64,000 nucleotides of DNA, from the NCBI GenBank assembly GCA_041558415.1, contig JBFFEY010000001.1, positions 89,630 through 153,629 on the forward strand. The letters run 5' to 3'. This DNA is from Burkholderiales bacterium. Its GTDB lineage: Bacteria > Pseudomonadota > Gammaproteobacteria > Burkholderiales > SG8-39. Under the pieces are notes generated by a model, which saw nothing but the letters and a program-made list of their open reading frames with translations, searched no databases and had not been told where the DNA came from. The position numbers and the translations under genes were made by a program. Below are positions 20,004 through 29,072 of this stretch, in pieces (the stretch's first letter is position 1; each line of letters starts with the position of its first letter).

Positions 20004-20531
20004 ATGCGCGCTTTCTGGATTGCCGTCCTTTGCGCCTTGCTCGCCGCCTGTGCGAGCACGTCGGAACAATCGCCGGCGGGCGTCGAGGATCGCAAACCGG
20101 GCGCCGAGGCGCGCGGCGCCGAGGGCGGCGGCCCGGGCAGCGTCGATCTCACCGCCGGTCAGCGCGCCGCGCTGACCGACCCGTCGAGCCCACTTTCCAA
20201 GCGTTCGATCTTCTACGACTTCGACAAATACGACGTGAAGCCGGAGTACCGCCCGCTGGTGGAGGCGCACGCCAGGTTTCTGCGCGACAATCCTGGCATG
20301 AAGATGCTGATCCTGGGCAACACCGACGAGCGCGGCAGTCGCGAGTACAACATCGCGCTCGGCCAGCGCCGCTCGGACGGCGTAAAGCGCATGCTGCTGC
20401 TGCTCGGCGCGCGCGAGGACCAGGTCGAGTCCGTCAGCCTGGGCGAGGAGAAGCCGCGCGCGCAGGGCTCGAGCGAGGACGCCTGGGCGCAGAACCGGCG
20501 CAGCGACATCCTCTATCAGGGCGAATATTGA
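20004..20531 (+). CDS. pal: Peptidoglycan-associated lipoprotein Pal
   Basis: ATG at 20004 after AAGGAG. Lipobox LLAAC. OmpA-like C-terminal domain (NTDERGSREYNIALGQRR). Confidence 0.93.
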   Translation: MRAFWIAVLCALLAACASTSEQSPAGVEDRKPGAEARGAEGGGPGSVDLTAGQRAALTDPSSPLSKRSIFYDFDKYDVKPEYRPLVEAHARFLRDNPGMKMLILGNTDERGSREYNIALGQRRSDGVKRMLLLLGAREDQVESVSLGEEKPRAQGSSEDAWAQNRRSDILYQGEY

Positions 20532-21259
20532 TGCGCCAGCGTGCCGCCGCACTGGTGTTCGTGGCCTTGACGCTGCCGCTGCCGGCGGTGGCGCAGCTGT
20601 TCGGCAGCGACGAAGCATTCCAGAAAGAAGTCCGCTCGCGTCTCGACAAGCTCGAAGCGAACTCCGCCGAGCGGCGCCTGCTGATCGATCTGGCGAACCA
20701 GATCGATCTGTTGCGCGCCGACGTGGCGCGCATGCGGGGCGAGGTCGAGCTGCTGGTGCATCGCATCGACACGCTGGAGAAGCGCCAGAAGGACCTGTAT
20801 CTGGACATCGATACGCGCCTGCGCAAGCTCGAGCCGCCGGTGCCCGGCGGCTCGCCCGGCGGTGAAGCGCAGGCCACGCCCAATGAAGCGAAGGCGTACG
20901 AGGAAGCGCTCAACCAGTTCAAGCTTGGCAAGTACTCGACCGCGATTTCCGCGTTCGAGGTCTTCCTCAAGACCTTTCCCACCAGTCCGCTCGCGCCGTC
21001 GGCGCAGTACTGGATCGGCAATTCCTATTTCGCCAAGCGCGACTACAAGAATTCCCTTGCCGCGCAGCAGAAGGTGCTGAGCGACTGGCCGGACAACCCG
21101 AAGGCGGCGGATGCGATGCTCAACATCGCGAGCTCGCAGGAGGCGCTCGGCGATCGGCGCGGCGCGCAGGAGACGCTCAAGGACCTGATCCAGCGCTATC
21201 CGGCGAGCCCGGCCGCGGCAAGCGCGAAGCAGCGGCTGGAACGGAACGCACGGCGCTGA
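20531..21259 (+). CDS. cpoB: Cell-division coordinator CpoB (YbgF)
   Basis: ATG overlaps the pal stop. Signal peptide, N-terminal coiled coil and C-terminal TPR region ([16 protein letters not shown]). Confidence 0.88.
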   Translation: MRQRAAALVFVALTLPLPAVAQLFGSDEAFQKEVRSRLDKLEANSAERRLLIDLANQIDLLRADVARMRGEVELLVHRIDTLEKRQKDLYLDIDTRLRKLEPPVPGGSPGGEAQATPNEAKAYEEALNQFKLGKYSTAISAFEVFLKTFPTSPLAPSAQYWIGNSYFAKRDYKNSLAAQQKVLSDWPDNPKAADAMLNIASSQEALGDRRGAQETLKDLIQRYPASPAAASAKQRLERNARR

Positions 21260-21933
21260 ACGCCGTCGTCCTTCTCTCGGGCGGGCTCGATTCGGCGACC
21301 ACGCTCGCCTGGGCGCGGCGCGAAGGCTATGCCTGCCATGCACTGAGCGTCGACTACGGCCAGCGTCATGCCGCGGAACTGGCCGCGGCCGCAAACATCG
21401 CCAGGGTGCTCGGTGCGCGCGAGCACCGCGTCGCGCGGCTCGACGCGTCGATCTTCCAGGGCTCGGCGCTCACCGATGCGGCGGTCGCGGTGCCGGTCGA
21501 CGGTGCCGGCGGCGGCATTCCGGTCACCTACGTGCCGGCGCGCAACACGATCCTGCTCGCGCTCGCCCTCGGCTGGGCCGAGGTGCTCGATGCGCGCCAC
21601 ATCTTCATCGGCGCGAACGCGGTCGACTACTCGGGCTATCCCGACTGCCGGCCCGAGTACCTGCACGCGTTCGAGGCCATGGCGAACCTGGCGACCAAGG
21701 CGGCCCTCGAGGGACGTCACATCGAGATCCGCGCGCCGCTCATCGACCTGCCCAAGGCCGAGATCGTGCGCCGCGCGATCGCATTCGGCATCGACCCGGC
21801 GGTGACGGTGAGCTGCTACCAGGCCGATGACGAAGGCCGTGCCTGCGGACGCTGCGACGCCTGCCGCATCCGGCGCGCGGGTTTCGAGGCCGCGGGTGTC
21901 GACGACCCCACGCGCTATCGCGTGGCCGGATAA
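21256..21933 (+). CDS. queC: 7-cyano-7-deazaguanine synthase QueC
   Basis: [19 protein letters not shown]-loop and C-terminal Zn-Cys cluster C..........CGRCDAC. No ATG/GTG/TTG precedes the PP-loop. Start placed at CTG 21256, overlapping the cpoB TGA (CTGA). Confidence 0.85.
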   Translation: MNAVVLLSGGLDSATTLAWARREGYACHALSVDYGQRHAAELAAAANIARVLGAREHRVARLDASIFQGSALTDAAVAVPVDGAGGGIPVTYVPARNTILLALALGWAEVLDARHIFIGANAVDYSGYPDCRPEYLHAFEAMANLATKAALEGRHIEIRAPLIDLPKAEIVRRAIAFGIDPAVTVSCYQADDEGRACGRCDACRIRRAGFEAAGVDDPTRYRVAG

Positions 21934-22038
21934 GCCACGTTGATTGGCGCCTAGGCCGATTCGAGGCGCGTGCCGCGCGGCCTGCGCAGCGATCCGCTAT
22001 AGTCGCCGGGTTTTTCGAGCCAGCGGGAGGGGGAGCCC

Positions 22039-23157
22039 GTGACCGAAGCCAATCCTGACCAGATCGCCACGTACGTCACCTGGGGCGCGTTCGTCCTCGC
22101 TTTCGTCTTCGGCGCGGTCGCCAACAAGACCAACTTCTGCACCATGGGCGCGGTTTCCGACTGGGTCAACATGGGCGACACCAGCCGCATGCGCATGTGG
22201 CTGCTGGCGATCGCCGTGGCAGTGCTCGGCGCGAACGGCCTGCAGCTCGCCGGCGTCGTCGACCTGTCGAAGAGCATCTATCAGGCGCCGAACTTCACCT
22301 GGCTCTCCTATGTCGTCGGCGGCTTCCTCTTCGGCGTCGGCATGACCCTGGGCTCGGGCTGCGGCTCGAAGACGCTGGTCCGCATCGGCGGCGGCAACCT
22401 GAAATCGCTCGTCGTGTTCGTCTTCCTCGGCATCGCCGCCTACATGACGCTGCGCGGACTGTTCGGCGCGTTCCGCGTCGGCGTGCTCGAACAGGCCTCG
22501 GTCGCGTTGGCCGGCGGGCAGGACCTGCCTTCCATCGTCGCGCGCACCGTCGGCGGCGCCAAAGGCACCTGGGTCACCGCGCTCTCGCTCATCGTCGGTC
22601 TAGGCCTCGTCTCCTTCGTCTACGCCAGCCGCGACTTCCGCTCGAGCTTCGACTACACCCTGGGTGGCGTCGTCACCGGCCTGGTGGTGATCGGCGGCTG
22701 GTGGGTGAGCGGCTCGCTCGGCCACATCGCCGAGCACCCGGAAACGCTGCAGGAGGCGTTCATCGCGACCAACACCGGCCGCATGGAGTCGTTCTCCTTT
22801 GTCGCGCCGGCGGCGTTCGGGCTCGAGTACCTCATGCTGTGGACCGACACCACCAAGATCGTGACTTACGGCATCGCTTCGGCGCTCGGCGTGGTCGCCG
22901 GCTCGGCGGCCTACGCGCTCGCCACGAAGCAATTCCGCTGGGAAGGCTTCATCAACGCCGAGGACACCGCCAACCACATCATCGGCGGCATTCTGATGGG
23001 CTTCGGCGGCATCACGGCGCTCGGCTGCACCGTGGGCCAGGGCATCACGGGGTTTTCGACGCTCGCTCTGGGCTCGATCATCACCTTCGTCGCCATCGTC
23101 GCGGGTGCTGCGGCGACGATGAAGTGGCAGTACTGGCGCATGATGCGCGAGGCATAG
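22039..23157 (+). CDS. YeeE/YedE-family sulfur-compound (thiosulfate-type) transporter
   Basis: 372-aa polytopic protein with the paired conserved-Cys motifs of YeeE/YedE (NFCTMGA, GSGCGSKT, LGCTVGQG). Confidence 0.8.
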   Translation: MTEANPDQIATYVTWGAFVLAFVFGAVANKTNFCTMGAVSDWVNMGDTSRMRMWLLAIAVAVLGANGLQLAGVVDLSKSIYQAPNFTWLSYVVGGFLFGVGMTLGSGCGSKTLVRIGGGNLKSLVVFVFLGIAAYMTLRGLFGAFRVGVLEQASVALAGGQDLPSIVARTVGGAKGTWVTALSLIVGLGLVSFVYASRDFRSSFDYTLGGVVTGLVVIGGWWVSGSLGHIAEHPETLQEAFIATNTGRMESFSFVAPAAFGLEYLMLWTDTTKIVTYGIASALGVVAGSAAYALATKQFRWEGFINAEDTANHIIGGILMGFGGITALGCTVGQGITGFSTLALGSIITFVAIVAGAAATMKWQYWRMMREA

Positions 23158-23166
23158 CGCGCTGCG

Positions 23167-23195
23167 TTGCACCACCTCGCGCGAAGCCTTAAAAT
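23167..23195 (+). promoter_or_regulatory. Sigma70 promoter of tRNA-Lys
   Basis: TTGCAC (23167-23172), a 17-nt spacer, TAAAAT (23190-23195), then a GC-rich discriminator CCCGCCC about 15 nt before the tRNA 5' end. Confidence 0.55.
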
Positions 23196-23210
23196 CCCGC
23201 CCTTCCCGTC

Positions 23211-23286
23211 GGGTCGTTAGCTCAGCTGGTAGAGCAGCGGACTTTTAATCCGTTGGTCGGCGGTTCGAATCCGCCACGACCTACCA
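23211..23286 (+). tRNA. tRNA-Lys (anticodon UUU)
   Basis: 76-nt cloverleaf read by hand. Acceptor GGGTCGT/ACGACCT, anticodon arm GCGGA-CTTTTAA-TCCGT, T arm GGCGG-TTCGAAT-CCGCC, encoded CCA. Confidence 0.95.
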
Positions 23287-23295
23287 AATGCCGAA

Positions 23296-23322
23296 GGCCC
23301 CAGCGGTTGCTGGGGCCTTTTT
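23296..23322 (+). terminator. Rho-independent terminator after tRNA-Lys
   Basis: GGCCCCAGC-GGTT-GCTGGGGCC followed by TTTTT. Confidence 0.75.
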
Positions 23323-23442
23323 CCTTCTGCTTCAACCCGCTGCCTCCGATCGGCACCCGCCTCGGCGCGGCCGCAGTCTCTCTGCAGCATGTGCATCGGT
23401 GCCGTGTCGCGCGCTGGAGGCACTGGCCGCCAGAGTGAGGTT

Positions 23443-23470
23443 TGATCAAATCTATCCGCTGATCAAATCT
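23443..23470 (+). promoter_or_regulatory. Tandem direct repeat (possible regulator binding site) upstream of the SorA-like gene
   Basis: TGATCAAATCT occurs at 23443-23453 and again at 23460-23470 (17-nt period). It is AT-rich in a GC-rich background and lies about 130 nt upstream of the ATG at 23600. Confidence 0.35.
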
Positions 23471-23599
23471 GCTGCTTGTACGCGGTGCCGGAATCCGGTA
23501 TCCCACTCTAAAAGAAGGGTGTCGGCCGCGCGTCTCTCGGCTCTTGTGAGACGCTCGGTAACCGGCGCACGACAAACCGACAACCAGGAGGAGGCTGCC

Positions 23600-24928
23600 A
23601 TGTCGAAGGAATCCAAGGACGACCCGATCTTTTCCGAATCGAAGCTCGACCTCTTCGAGATCTATGCCCGCGACCCCGAGCGCGCTGACAAACTGGTCTT
23701 CGGCCGCATCCCCTACCCGGACCGACGGGGGTTCCTGAAGGGCGCGGGCCTCGCGACGATGGGCGCTCTGGTCGGGGCTGCCATCCCGTTCCATCGCAAC
23801 ATGCCTGCCGGGTTCATTCCGGAGGCCATGGCTGCGACCGACATGACGATCAAGGGCAAGCAGGGACTGACGATCCTGAACGACCGCCCGGTCAACGCGG
23901 AAACGCCGGCGCATCTGCTTGACGACGATGTGACGCCCACCGCACGACATTTCATCCGCAACAACGGCGTCCCGCCGGAAAGCGTGAACCCCGACAAATG
24001 GGTTCTGACGATCGACGGCCTGGTCGACAAGCCGCTGAAACTTTCGATCGCCGATCTCAAGAGCAAGTTCGAAGTGGTGAGCCGCAAGATCTGCATCGAA
24101 TGCGGCGGCAACGGGCGGGCGTTCTTCGACCCCAAGGCGAAGGGCAACCAATGGACCCTGGGCGCGGTGGCTTGCTCCGAGTGGACGGGTGTACGCCTGG
24201 TCGACGTGTTGAAGGCCGCCGGCGTCAAGGACAAGGCGATCTACACCGCGCACTACGGCGCCGACACGCACCTTTCCGGAAAGGCCGACAAGCTGCCCAT
24301 TTCGAGGGGCGTGCCGATCAAGAAGGCGATGGATCCGAACAACCTGATCGCCTTCGCCATGAACGGGGAAGCGATTCATCCGATGAACGGGGCGCCGCTG
24401 AGGCTCCACATACCGGGGTGGCCGGGTTCGGTCTCTCACAAGTGGTTCACCCGCATGCAACTGCGCGACGTCGTGCACGACGGCCCGAAAATGACCGGTT
24501 CGGCGTATCGGATGCCGCCCCATCCGGTTGCGCCGGGCGCCAAGGTCAAGACCGAAGAAATGGTGTTCATCGAGTCGATGCCGGTCAAATCGCTGATCAC
24601 CGCACCGGCAAGCGGCGTCAAGCTGCCCAAGGGGGAGCGCTCGGTCACGGTCCGCGGACATGCCTGGGCCGGAGACAACAAGGTCACGCGCGTCGATCTC
24701 TCGTTCGACTTCGGCGTTACCTGGGTCCAGGCGAAGCTCGACGATCCGCCCAATCCGTACGCGTGGCAGAGCTTCTCGCAGACCCTGCGCCTGCCGCAGG
24801 AGGGCTACTACGAAATCTGGGCGCGGGCCACCGACGACCAGGGACGCGCACAACCCTTCGCGATCGCGTGGAACCCGAAGGGTTACTTGAACAACTCCAT
24901 GCATCGCATCTCGGTGTACGCGTCCTGA
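23600..24928 (+). CDS. Sulfite oxidase/dehydrogenase-family molybdopterin oxidoreductase (SorA-like), Tat-exported
   Basis: ATG after AGGAGGAGG. Twin-arginine motif DRRGFLKGAG. Conserved Mo-binding Cys context (ICIECGGNGR). C-terminal dimerisation/Ig-like domain. Followed by a cytochrome c gene. Confidence 0.85.
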   Translation: MSKESKDDPIFSESKLDLFEIYARDPERADKLVFGRIPYPDRRGFLKGAGLATMGALVGAAIPFHRNMPAGFIPEAMAATDMTIKGKQGLTILNDRPVNAETPAHLLDDDVTPTARHFIRNNGVPPESVNPDKWVLTIDGLVDKPLKLSIADLKSKFEVVSRKICIECGGNGRAFFDPKAKGNQWTLGAVACSEWTGVRLVDVLKAAGVKDKAIYTAHYGADTHLSGKADKLPISRGVPIKKAMDPNNLIAFAMNGEAIHPMNGAPLRLHIPGWPGSVSHKWFTRMQLRDVVHDGPKMTGSAYRMPPHPVAPGAKVKTEEMVFIESMPVKSLITAPASGVKLPKGERSVTVRGHAWAGDNKVTRVDLSFDFGVTWVQAKLDDPPNPYAWQSFSQTLRLPQEGYYEIWARATDDQGRAQPFAIAWNPKGYLNNSMHRISVYAS

Positions 24929-25542
24929 GACGGAAAAGCCTTTGCCTATCGGCCGCGGTTCTCGCGGTCGCGCTGGCCGGCCAGGGCGTGCTGTCCCTGG
25001 CCGCGTCGGCTGCCGAGCCGGCATCCACGGCCGCCGAGGCGGCCGAGGACTACGGCGGCCTGCCTGACGGCGTGGGTCGCACGGCCGTCTACTTCAACTG
25101 CACGGCCTGTCACTCCGTAAAACAATTCAGTCAGCAGCGGCTGTCGCGCGAGCAATGGGACGAGGTGCTCGACCAGATGGTGGCGCGCAACAACATGCAT
25201 CCGCTGCAACCATGGGCGCGCCGGCGGGTGCTGAACTACCTCACCACCCATTTCGGTGCCGAAATGGATACCTGGCAGGGCCTGCCCGTCGGCAAGGGGC
25301 GCGAGGTGGTTTTCGGTCTGTGCCAGGCTTGTCACTCGCTCGCCATCGTCAAGCAGCAGGGCCTGAGTCGCGCTTCCTGGGATGACACGCTGAAGTGGAT
25401 GGTCGAGGAGCAAGGGATGCCCGAGTTGGAGCCGGCGACTCGAAATCTGGTACTGGATTACCTGTCGACGCACTACGGTTTGGGTGTGAAGTCTGCCCGT
25501 CCGGGGCCGACGACCGCGGGCGCGGCCGGCAGCCGGCGCTAG
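24925..25542 (+). CDS. Diheme c-type cytochrome (probable electron acceptor of the SorA-like enzyme)
   Basis: Two CxxCH motifs (CTACH, CQACH) in two similar half-domains. Signal peptide (M)RRKSLCLSAAVLAVALAGQGVLSLAASA. Start uncertain: CTG 24925 overlaps the upstream TGA (CTGA), or GTG 24868 would add 19 residues. Confidence 0.75.
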   Translation: MRRKSLCLSAAVLAVALAGQGVLSLAASAAEPASTAAEAAEDYGGLPDGVGRTAVYFNCTACHSVKQFSQQRLSREQWDEVLDQMVARNNMHPLQPWARRRVLNYLTTHFGAEMDTWQGLPVGKGREVVFGLCQACHSLAIVKQQGLSRASWDDTLKWMVEEQGMPELEPATRNLVLDYLSTHYGLGVKSARPGPTTAGAAGSRR

Positions 25543-25566
25543 GCAGGTCCGTCGCGACCGAGGCGG

Positions 25567-26484
25567 TCAGGCGGTGCGGCGCGCGTCGAGCCGCTGTACC
25601 GGTAAATCGAGACCCCCGATGGTGGCCGCCAGCTTCTCTACCGCCGCGGGGCGCGCAAAGCCCTTGCGCCAGGCAAGCGCGACGCGGCGCATCGGCACCG
25701 GCGCTACGAACTCGATCACCTTGACGAGGGGGTTGGCGTAGCGCGCGGTCAGTGCGCTCGCCGGCAGCACGCTGATGCCGGCGCCCGAGGCGACCATGCT
25801 GCGCAGCGTCTCGAGCGAGTTGCCCTGGCGCCCGGGCGGCGGCGGGCGCGTGAACTCGCGGCAGGCATCGAGTACCTGGTCGCGCAGGCAATGCCCGACC
25901 GGCAGCAGCAGCAGCTCGGCGGCATCGAGCGCGTCGGCGGCGATGGTCTTGCGCCGGGCAAGCGGGTGGCCGCGCGGTACCACCACCTTGAACGGCTCGT
26001 CGTAGAGCGCGCGCGTGAGGACGCCGGTTTCTTCGTACGGCAGCGCGAGTACGACGACGTCGAGCGTGCCGGCCCTGAGCAGGCCATCGAGCGCCGCGGT
26101 GGTGTTCTCCTCGATGTCGAGCGGCATCTCGGGCGCGCTGCGGCGCAGGGCCGCGACCAGGTCGGGCAGCAGGTAGGGCGCGATGGTGTGGATGACGCCG
26201 AGCCGCAGCGTGCCCTTGAGCGGGTTGCGGCCCTGCTGCGCCACGGACTTGACACGCGCCGCCTCCTCCAGCGTGCGGCGCGCCTGTGCAATCACCTCTT
26301 CGCCTGCCGGCGTCGTCTTTGCGCCGCGCCGGCTGCGCTCGAACAGCTTCACGCCGAGCTCGTCCTCGAGCTTGGCGACCGACGCCGACAGGCTCGGCTG
26401 GCTGACATGGCAGCGCTCGGCGGCACGGCCGAAGTGGCGCGTCTCGGCCACCGCGACGATGTAGCGCAGCTCGGTAAGGGGCAT
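25567..26484 (-). CDS. oxyR: LysR-family hydrogen-peroxide sensor/regulator OxyR
   Basis: HTH LRYIVAVAETRHFGRAAERCHVSQPSLS. Redox Cys pair in PVGHCLRDQVLDAC, matching the OxyR C199/C208 context. Divergent from a peroxiredoxin gene. Confidence 0.85.
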   Translation of the reverse strand: MPLTELRYIVAVAETRHFGRAAERCHVSQPSLSASVAKLEDELGVKLFERSRRGAKTTPAGEEVIAQARRTLEEAARVKSVAQQGRNPLKGTLRLGVIHTIAPYLLPDLVAALRRSAPEMPLDIEENTTAALDGLLRAGTLDVVVLALPYEETGVLTRALYDEPFKVVVPRGHPLARRKTIAADALDAAELLLLPVGHCLRDQVLDACREFTRPPPPGRQGNSLETLRSMVASGAGISVLPASALTARYANPLVKVIEFVAPVPMRRVALAWRKGFARPAAVEKLAATIGGLDLPVQRLDARRTA

Positions 26485-26595
26485 TGCAGTTTTAACGAAT
26501 ACCCCTTTGGGTTCGCATGCTGATAAACTCTCTCCCCGCGCGGGGAGGGGCCGTAGATTGTGGACATCGCATTCAACCCCCACACAGAACCAACC

Positions 26596-27330
26596 ATGCA
26601 GAACCAGGAAGGCAAGAAAGTCCCACAGGTCACGTTCCGCATCCGCGTGAACAACGACTGGACCAGCATCTCGAGCGACGACATCTTCAAGGGCAAGACG
26701 GTGGTGGTGTTCTCGCTGCCGGGCGCATTCACCCCGACCTGCTCGTCGACGCACCTGCCGCGCTACAACGAGCTCGCGCCGGCGTTCCGCGCCAACGGCG
26801 TCGATGCCATCGTCTGCGTCTCGGTCAACGACCCCTTCGTCATGAACGAGTGGGCCAAGGATCAGGACGCCGACCAGGTCATGCTGCTGCCGGACGGCAA
26901 CGGCGAATTCACCGAAAAGATGGGCATGCTGGTCGACAAGGCCGATCTCGGCTTCGGCAAGCGCGCGTGGCGCTATTCGATGCTGGTGAAGGACGGCGTT
27001 GTCGAAAAGATGTTCATCGAGCCGCAGAAGCCGGGCGACCCCTTCGAAGTGTCGGACGCCGACACCATGCTCGCCTACATCAACCCGCGGGCAAAGAAGC
27101 CCGATCAGGTGGCCATCCTGACGCGCGAGGGCTGCAGCTACTGCGCCAAGGCGAAGGCGCTGCTCGAGGAACTCGGCTATGCCTACGCCGAAATTCCGCT
27201 CGAGCACCGCACGCGCAGTCGCGCCGTCGGCGCCATCACCGGCCAGGGCACCGTGCCGCAGGTCTTCATCAACGGCAGGCACATCGGTGACTGGGAAGCC
27301 CTAGAGCACTGGGCGAAGAAGGCCACGTAG
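26596..27330 (+). CDS. Hybrid peroxiredoxin (Prx5-type) / glutaredoxin
   Basis: ATG at 26596. PGAFTPTCS peroxidatic-Cys motif and a C-terminal Grx domain with CSYC and TVPQVFI. 244 aa. Confidence 0.88.
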   Translation: MQNQEGKKVPQVTFRIRVNNDWTSISSDDIFKGKTVVVFSLPGAFTPTCSSTHLPRYNELAPAFRANGVDAIVCVSVNDPFVMNEWAKDQDADQVMLLPDGNGEFTEKMGMLVDKADLGFGKRAWRYSMLVKDGVVEKMFIEPQKPGDPFEVSDADTMLAYINPRAKKPDQVAILTREGCSYCAKAKALLEELGYAYAEIPLEHRTRSRAVGAITGQGTVPQVFINGRHIGDWEALEHWAKKAT

Positions 27331-27376
27331 CGGCTCGAAATCAAGCACTTACCCTCCGCCGCGGCGCGCAGTACCG

Positions 27377-27410
27377 GGGCCGGGCTCGATCGCCCGGCCC
27401 TTTTTCGTTT
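27377..27410 (+). terminator. Rho-independent terminator after the peroxiredoxin gene
   Basis: GGGCCGGGC-TCGATC-GCCCGGCCC followed by TTTTTCGTTT. Confidence 0.75.
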
Positions 27411-27513
27411 CGCCGGCGGTCGGTGAACCGGCGTCGCGCGAGGAATTAGAATCGCACCCTCGGACGCAGCCGTGGCTGGCGGTCCCATCGCAACCCAAAG
27501 GGGAGGAGAAGTC

Positions 27514-28500
27514 ATGAAGCACAAGCTGATTCCTGGCGTCGCCGTGCTCGCCGCCTGCGCCACGTTCGGCGCGCAGGCCGCCGATGTCACGATGCGCATG
27601 AGCCACCAGTTCCCGCCGGCACATCACTCGGCTAAGAACATGGACCAGTTCGCGGCCGACGTGAAGGGGCTCTCGGGCGGCAAGGTCGAAGTGCAGATCT
27701 TCGGCGCCGCGCAGCTGTTCAAGCCCAACCAGCACCATGCCGCGGTCGCCGGCGGCAAGATCGAGTCGGCCATCATGCTCAACTTCCAGTGGGGCGGTGC
27801 GATCCCGGAGATGAGCGTGACGCTGATTCCCTATCTCATGTCGCGCGTTGCGCTGATGAAGAAGTTCGTCGGCTCCGACGCGGCCAAGCTGCTCGACGCG
27901 AAGATGGAAGCGAAGGGCGTCAAGAACCTCGCCTGGTTCGTCGACGCGAACGACGGCATCTTCACCTCGGCCAAGAAGCCGCTCATCAAGCCCGAGGACT
28001 TCAAGGGCGTGAAGATCCGCGGACTGAACAAGCTGTTCGACGCCGGCCTGGCGGCGATGGGCGCATCGCCCACGCCGATGCCGGGCTCGGAGGTCTACCA
28101 GGCGCTGCAGACGGGCGTGATCGATGCCGGCTTCACCGGCGTGCAGGCGGCCAACAGCCGGCGCTTCTACGAGGTGCAGAAGTACGGGGTCGCTTCGTCG
28201 ATCATCCTGGCCTACGACATCCTGGTGGTGAACCCGGAGTGGTGGGCGAAGCTTTCGCCGCAGAATCGCAAGGCGATCGAGGAGGCCGTGAAGAAAGCCG
28301 AAGCGCGCGCCATGCCGAAGAGCGACGACATCCCCGTCGAGCGCATCACCGTGCTGCGCGACAAGGGCATGAACGTGACGGTGCTCACGCCGGCGCAGGA
28401 AAAGGTGATGGCGGATGCGATGCAGCCCGCCGTGATCAAGGCCTTCGAGGCCTCTGGCCCGGATGCGGTCAAGCTCATCGAGACGCTGAAGAAGCTGTAA
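27514..28500 (+). CDS. TRAP transporter substrate-binding protein (DctP family)
   Basis: ATG after GGAGGAG. Signal peptide MKHKLIPGVAVLAACATFGAQA/AD. DctP-type sequence. Followed by the small and large TRAP permeases. Confidence 0.88.
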   Translation: MKHKLIPGVAVLAACATFGAQAADVTMRMSHQFPPAHHSAKNMDQFAADVKGLSGGKVEVQIFGAAQLFKPNQHHAAVAGGKIESAIMLNFQWGGAIPEMSVTLIPYLMSRVALMKKFVGSDAAKLLDAKMEAKGVKNLAWFVDANDGIFTSAKKPLIKPEDFKGVKIRGLNKLFDAGLAAMGASPTPMPGSEVYQALQTGVIDAGFTGVQAANSRRFYEVQKYGVASSIILAYDILVVNPEWWAKLSPQNRKAIEEAVKKAEARAMPKSDDIPVERITVLRDKGMNVTVLTPAQEKVMADAMQPAVIKAFEASGPDAVKLIETLKKL

Positions 28501-28526
28501 GCGCCGCGTCGTGAACCGGTGAACCG

Positions 28527-29072
28527 GTGAACCGCGCGCTCGCGCTCATCGCGCGCGCGATCGGCGCGATCAATGCCGCCGCCGTCGCGGTCTCGGCGGC
28601 GTGCATCCTCGTCTCGCTCGGGCTGATCGCCTGGGCGGTGGTGATGCGCTATGTGTTCAACCGTCCACCGGTGTGGACCGACGAGGTCGTCGGCTTCCTG
28701 CTCGTGGCGATCGTCATGCTCGCTGCGGCGCAGTCTTTGCGCCGTGGCGAGCACATTGGCGTCGATATCCTCATCGCCCGGCTCGGGCCGCGCGGCTCGT
28801 TCTGGGCGCAGCTCTGGTCGTCGGTCTCGGTGCTCGTCGTCGCGCTCATCTTCATCGTCAACGGCTGGCGCACGGCCATGTTCTCGCGCCAGATCGGCGT
28901 GCTGACCGAGGGCAATCTCGAGATTCCGGTCTTCTGGCTGCAGCTCTTCCTGCCGCTCGGTGGACTGATGATGCTGCTCGTTTCGCTCGAGGCGATCGCG
29001 CGGCTGCTCGCGGGCCTGCCGTCGCTCGCGGCGCAGGGCTCGCAGCTGCCGCACGGCGAGAGGATCGAATGA
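28527..29072 (+). CDS. TRAP transporter small permease (DctQ family)
   Basis: 181 aa with 4 TM segments. GTG start. Overlaps the large-permease ATG by 4 nt. Confidence 0.85.
   Translation: MNRALALIARAIGAINAAAVAVSAACILVSLGLIAWAVVMRYVFNRPPVWTDEVVGFLLVAIVMLAAAQSLRRGEHIGVDILIARLGPRGSFWAQLWSSVSVLVVALIFIVNGWRTAMFSRQIGVLTEGNLEIPVFWLQLFLPLGGLMMLLVSLEAIARLLAGLPSLAAQGSQLPHGERIE

Noticed and set aside
23211-25600. Possible genomic islands integrated at tRNA-Lys (23211) or tRNA-Gly (54870).
   Set aside because: No integrase, no visible duplication of the tRNA 3' end downstream, and no compositional shift. The flanking genes look like ordinary chromosomal metabolism.
26532-26547. Perfect GC-rich palindromes: CTCCCCGCGCGGGGAG in the oxyR/peroxiredoxin intergenic region, and ATCGCGCGGCCGCGCGAT at 56463-56480 between the methyltransferase and 5'-nucleotidase genes.
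   Set aside because: A back-of-envelope estimate with this base composition predicts of the order of one 16-18-bp perfect palindrome per 64 kb by chance. Neither matches the ATAG/CTAT-type OxyR site I know. I note them only as possible operators or hairpins.
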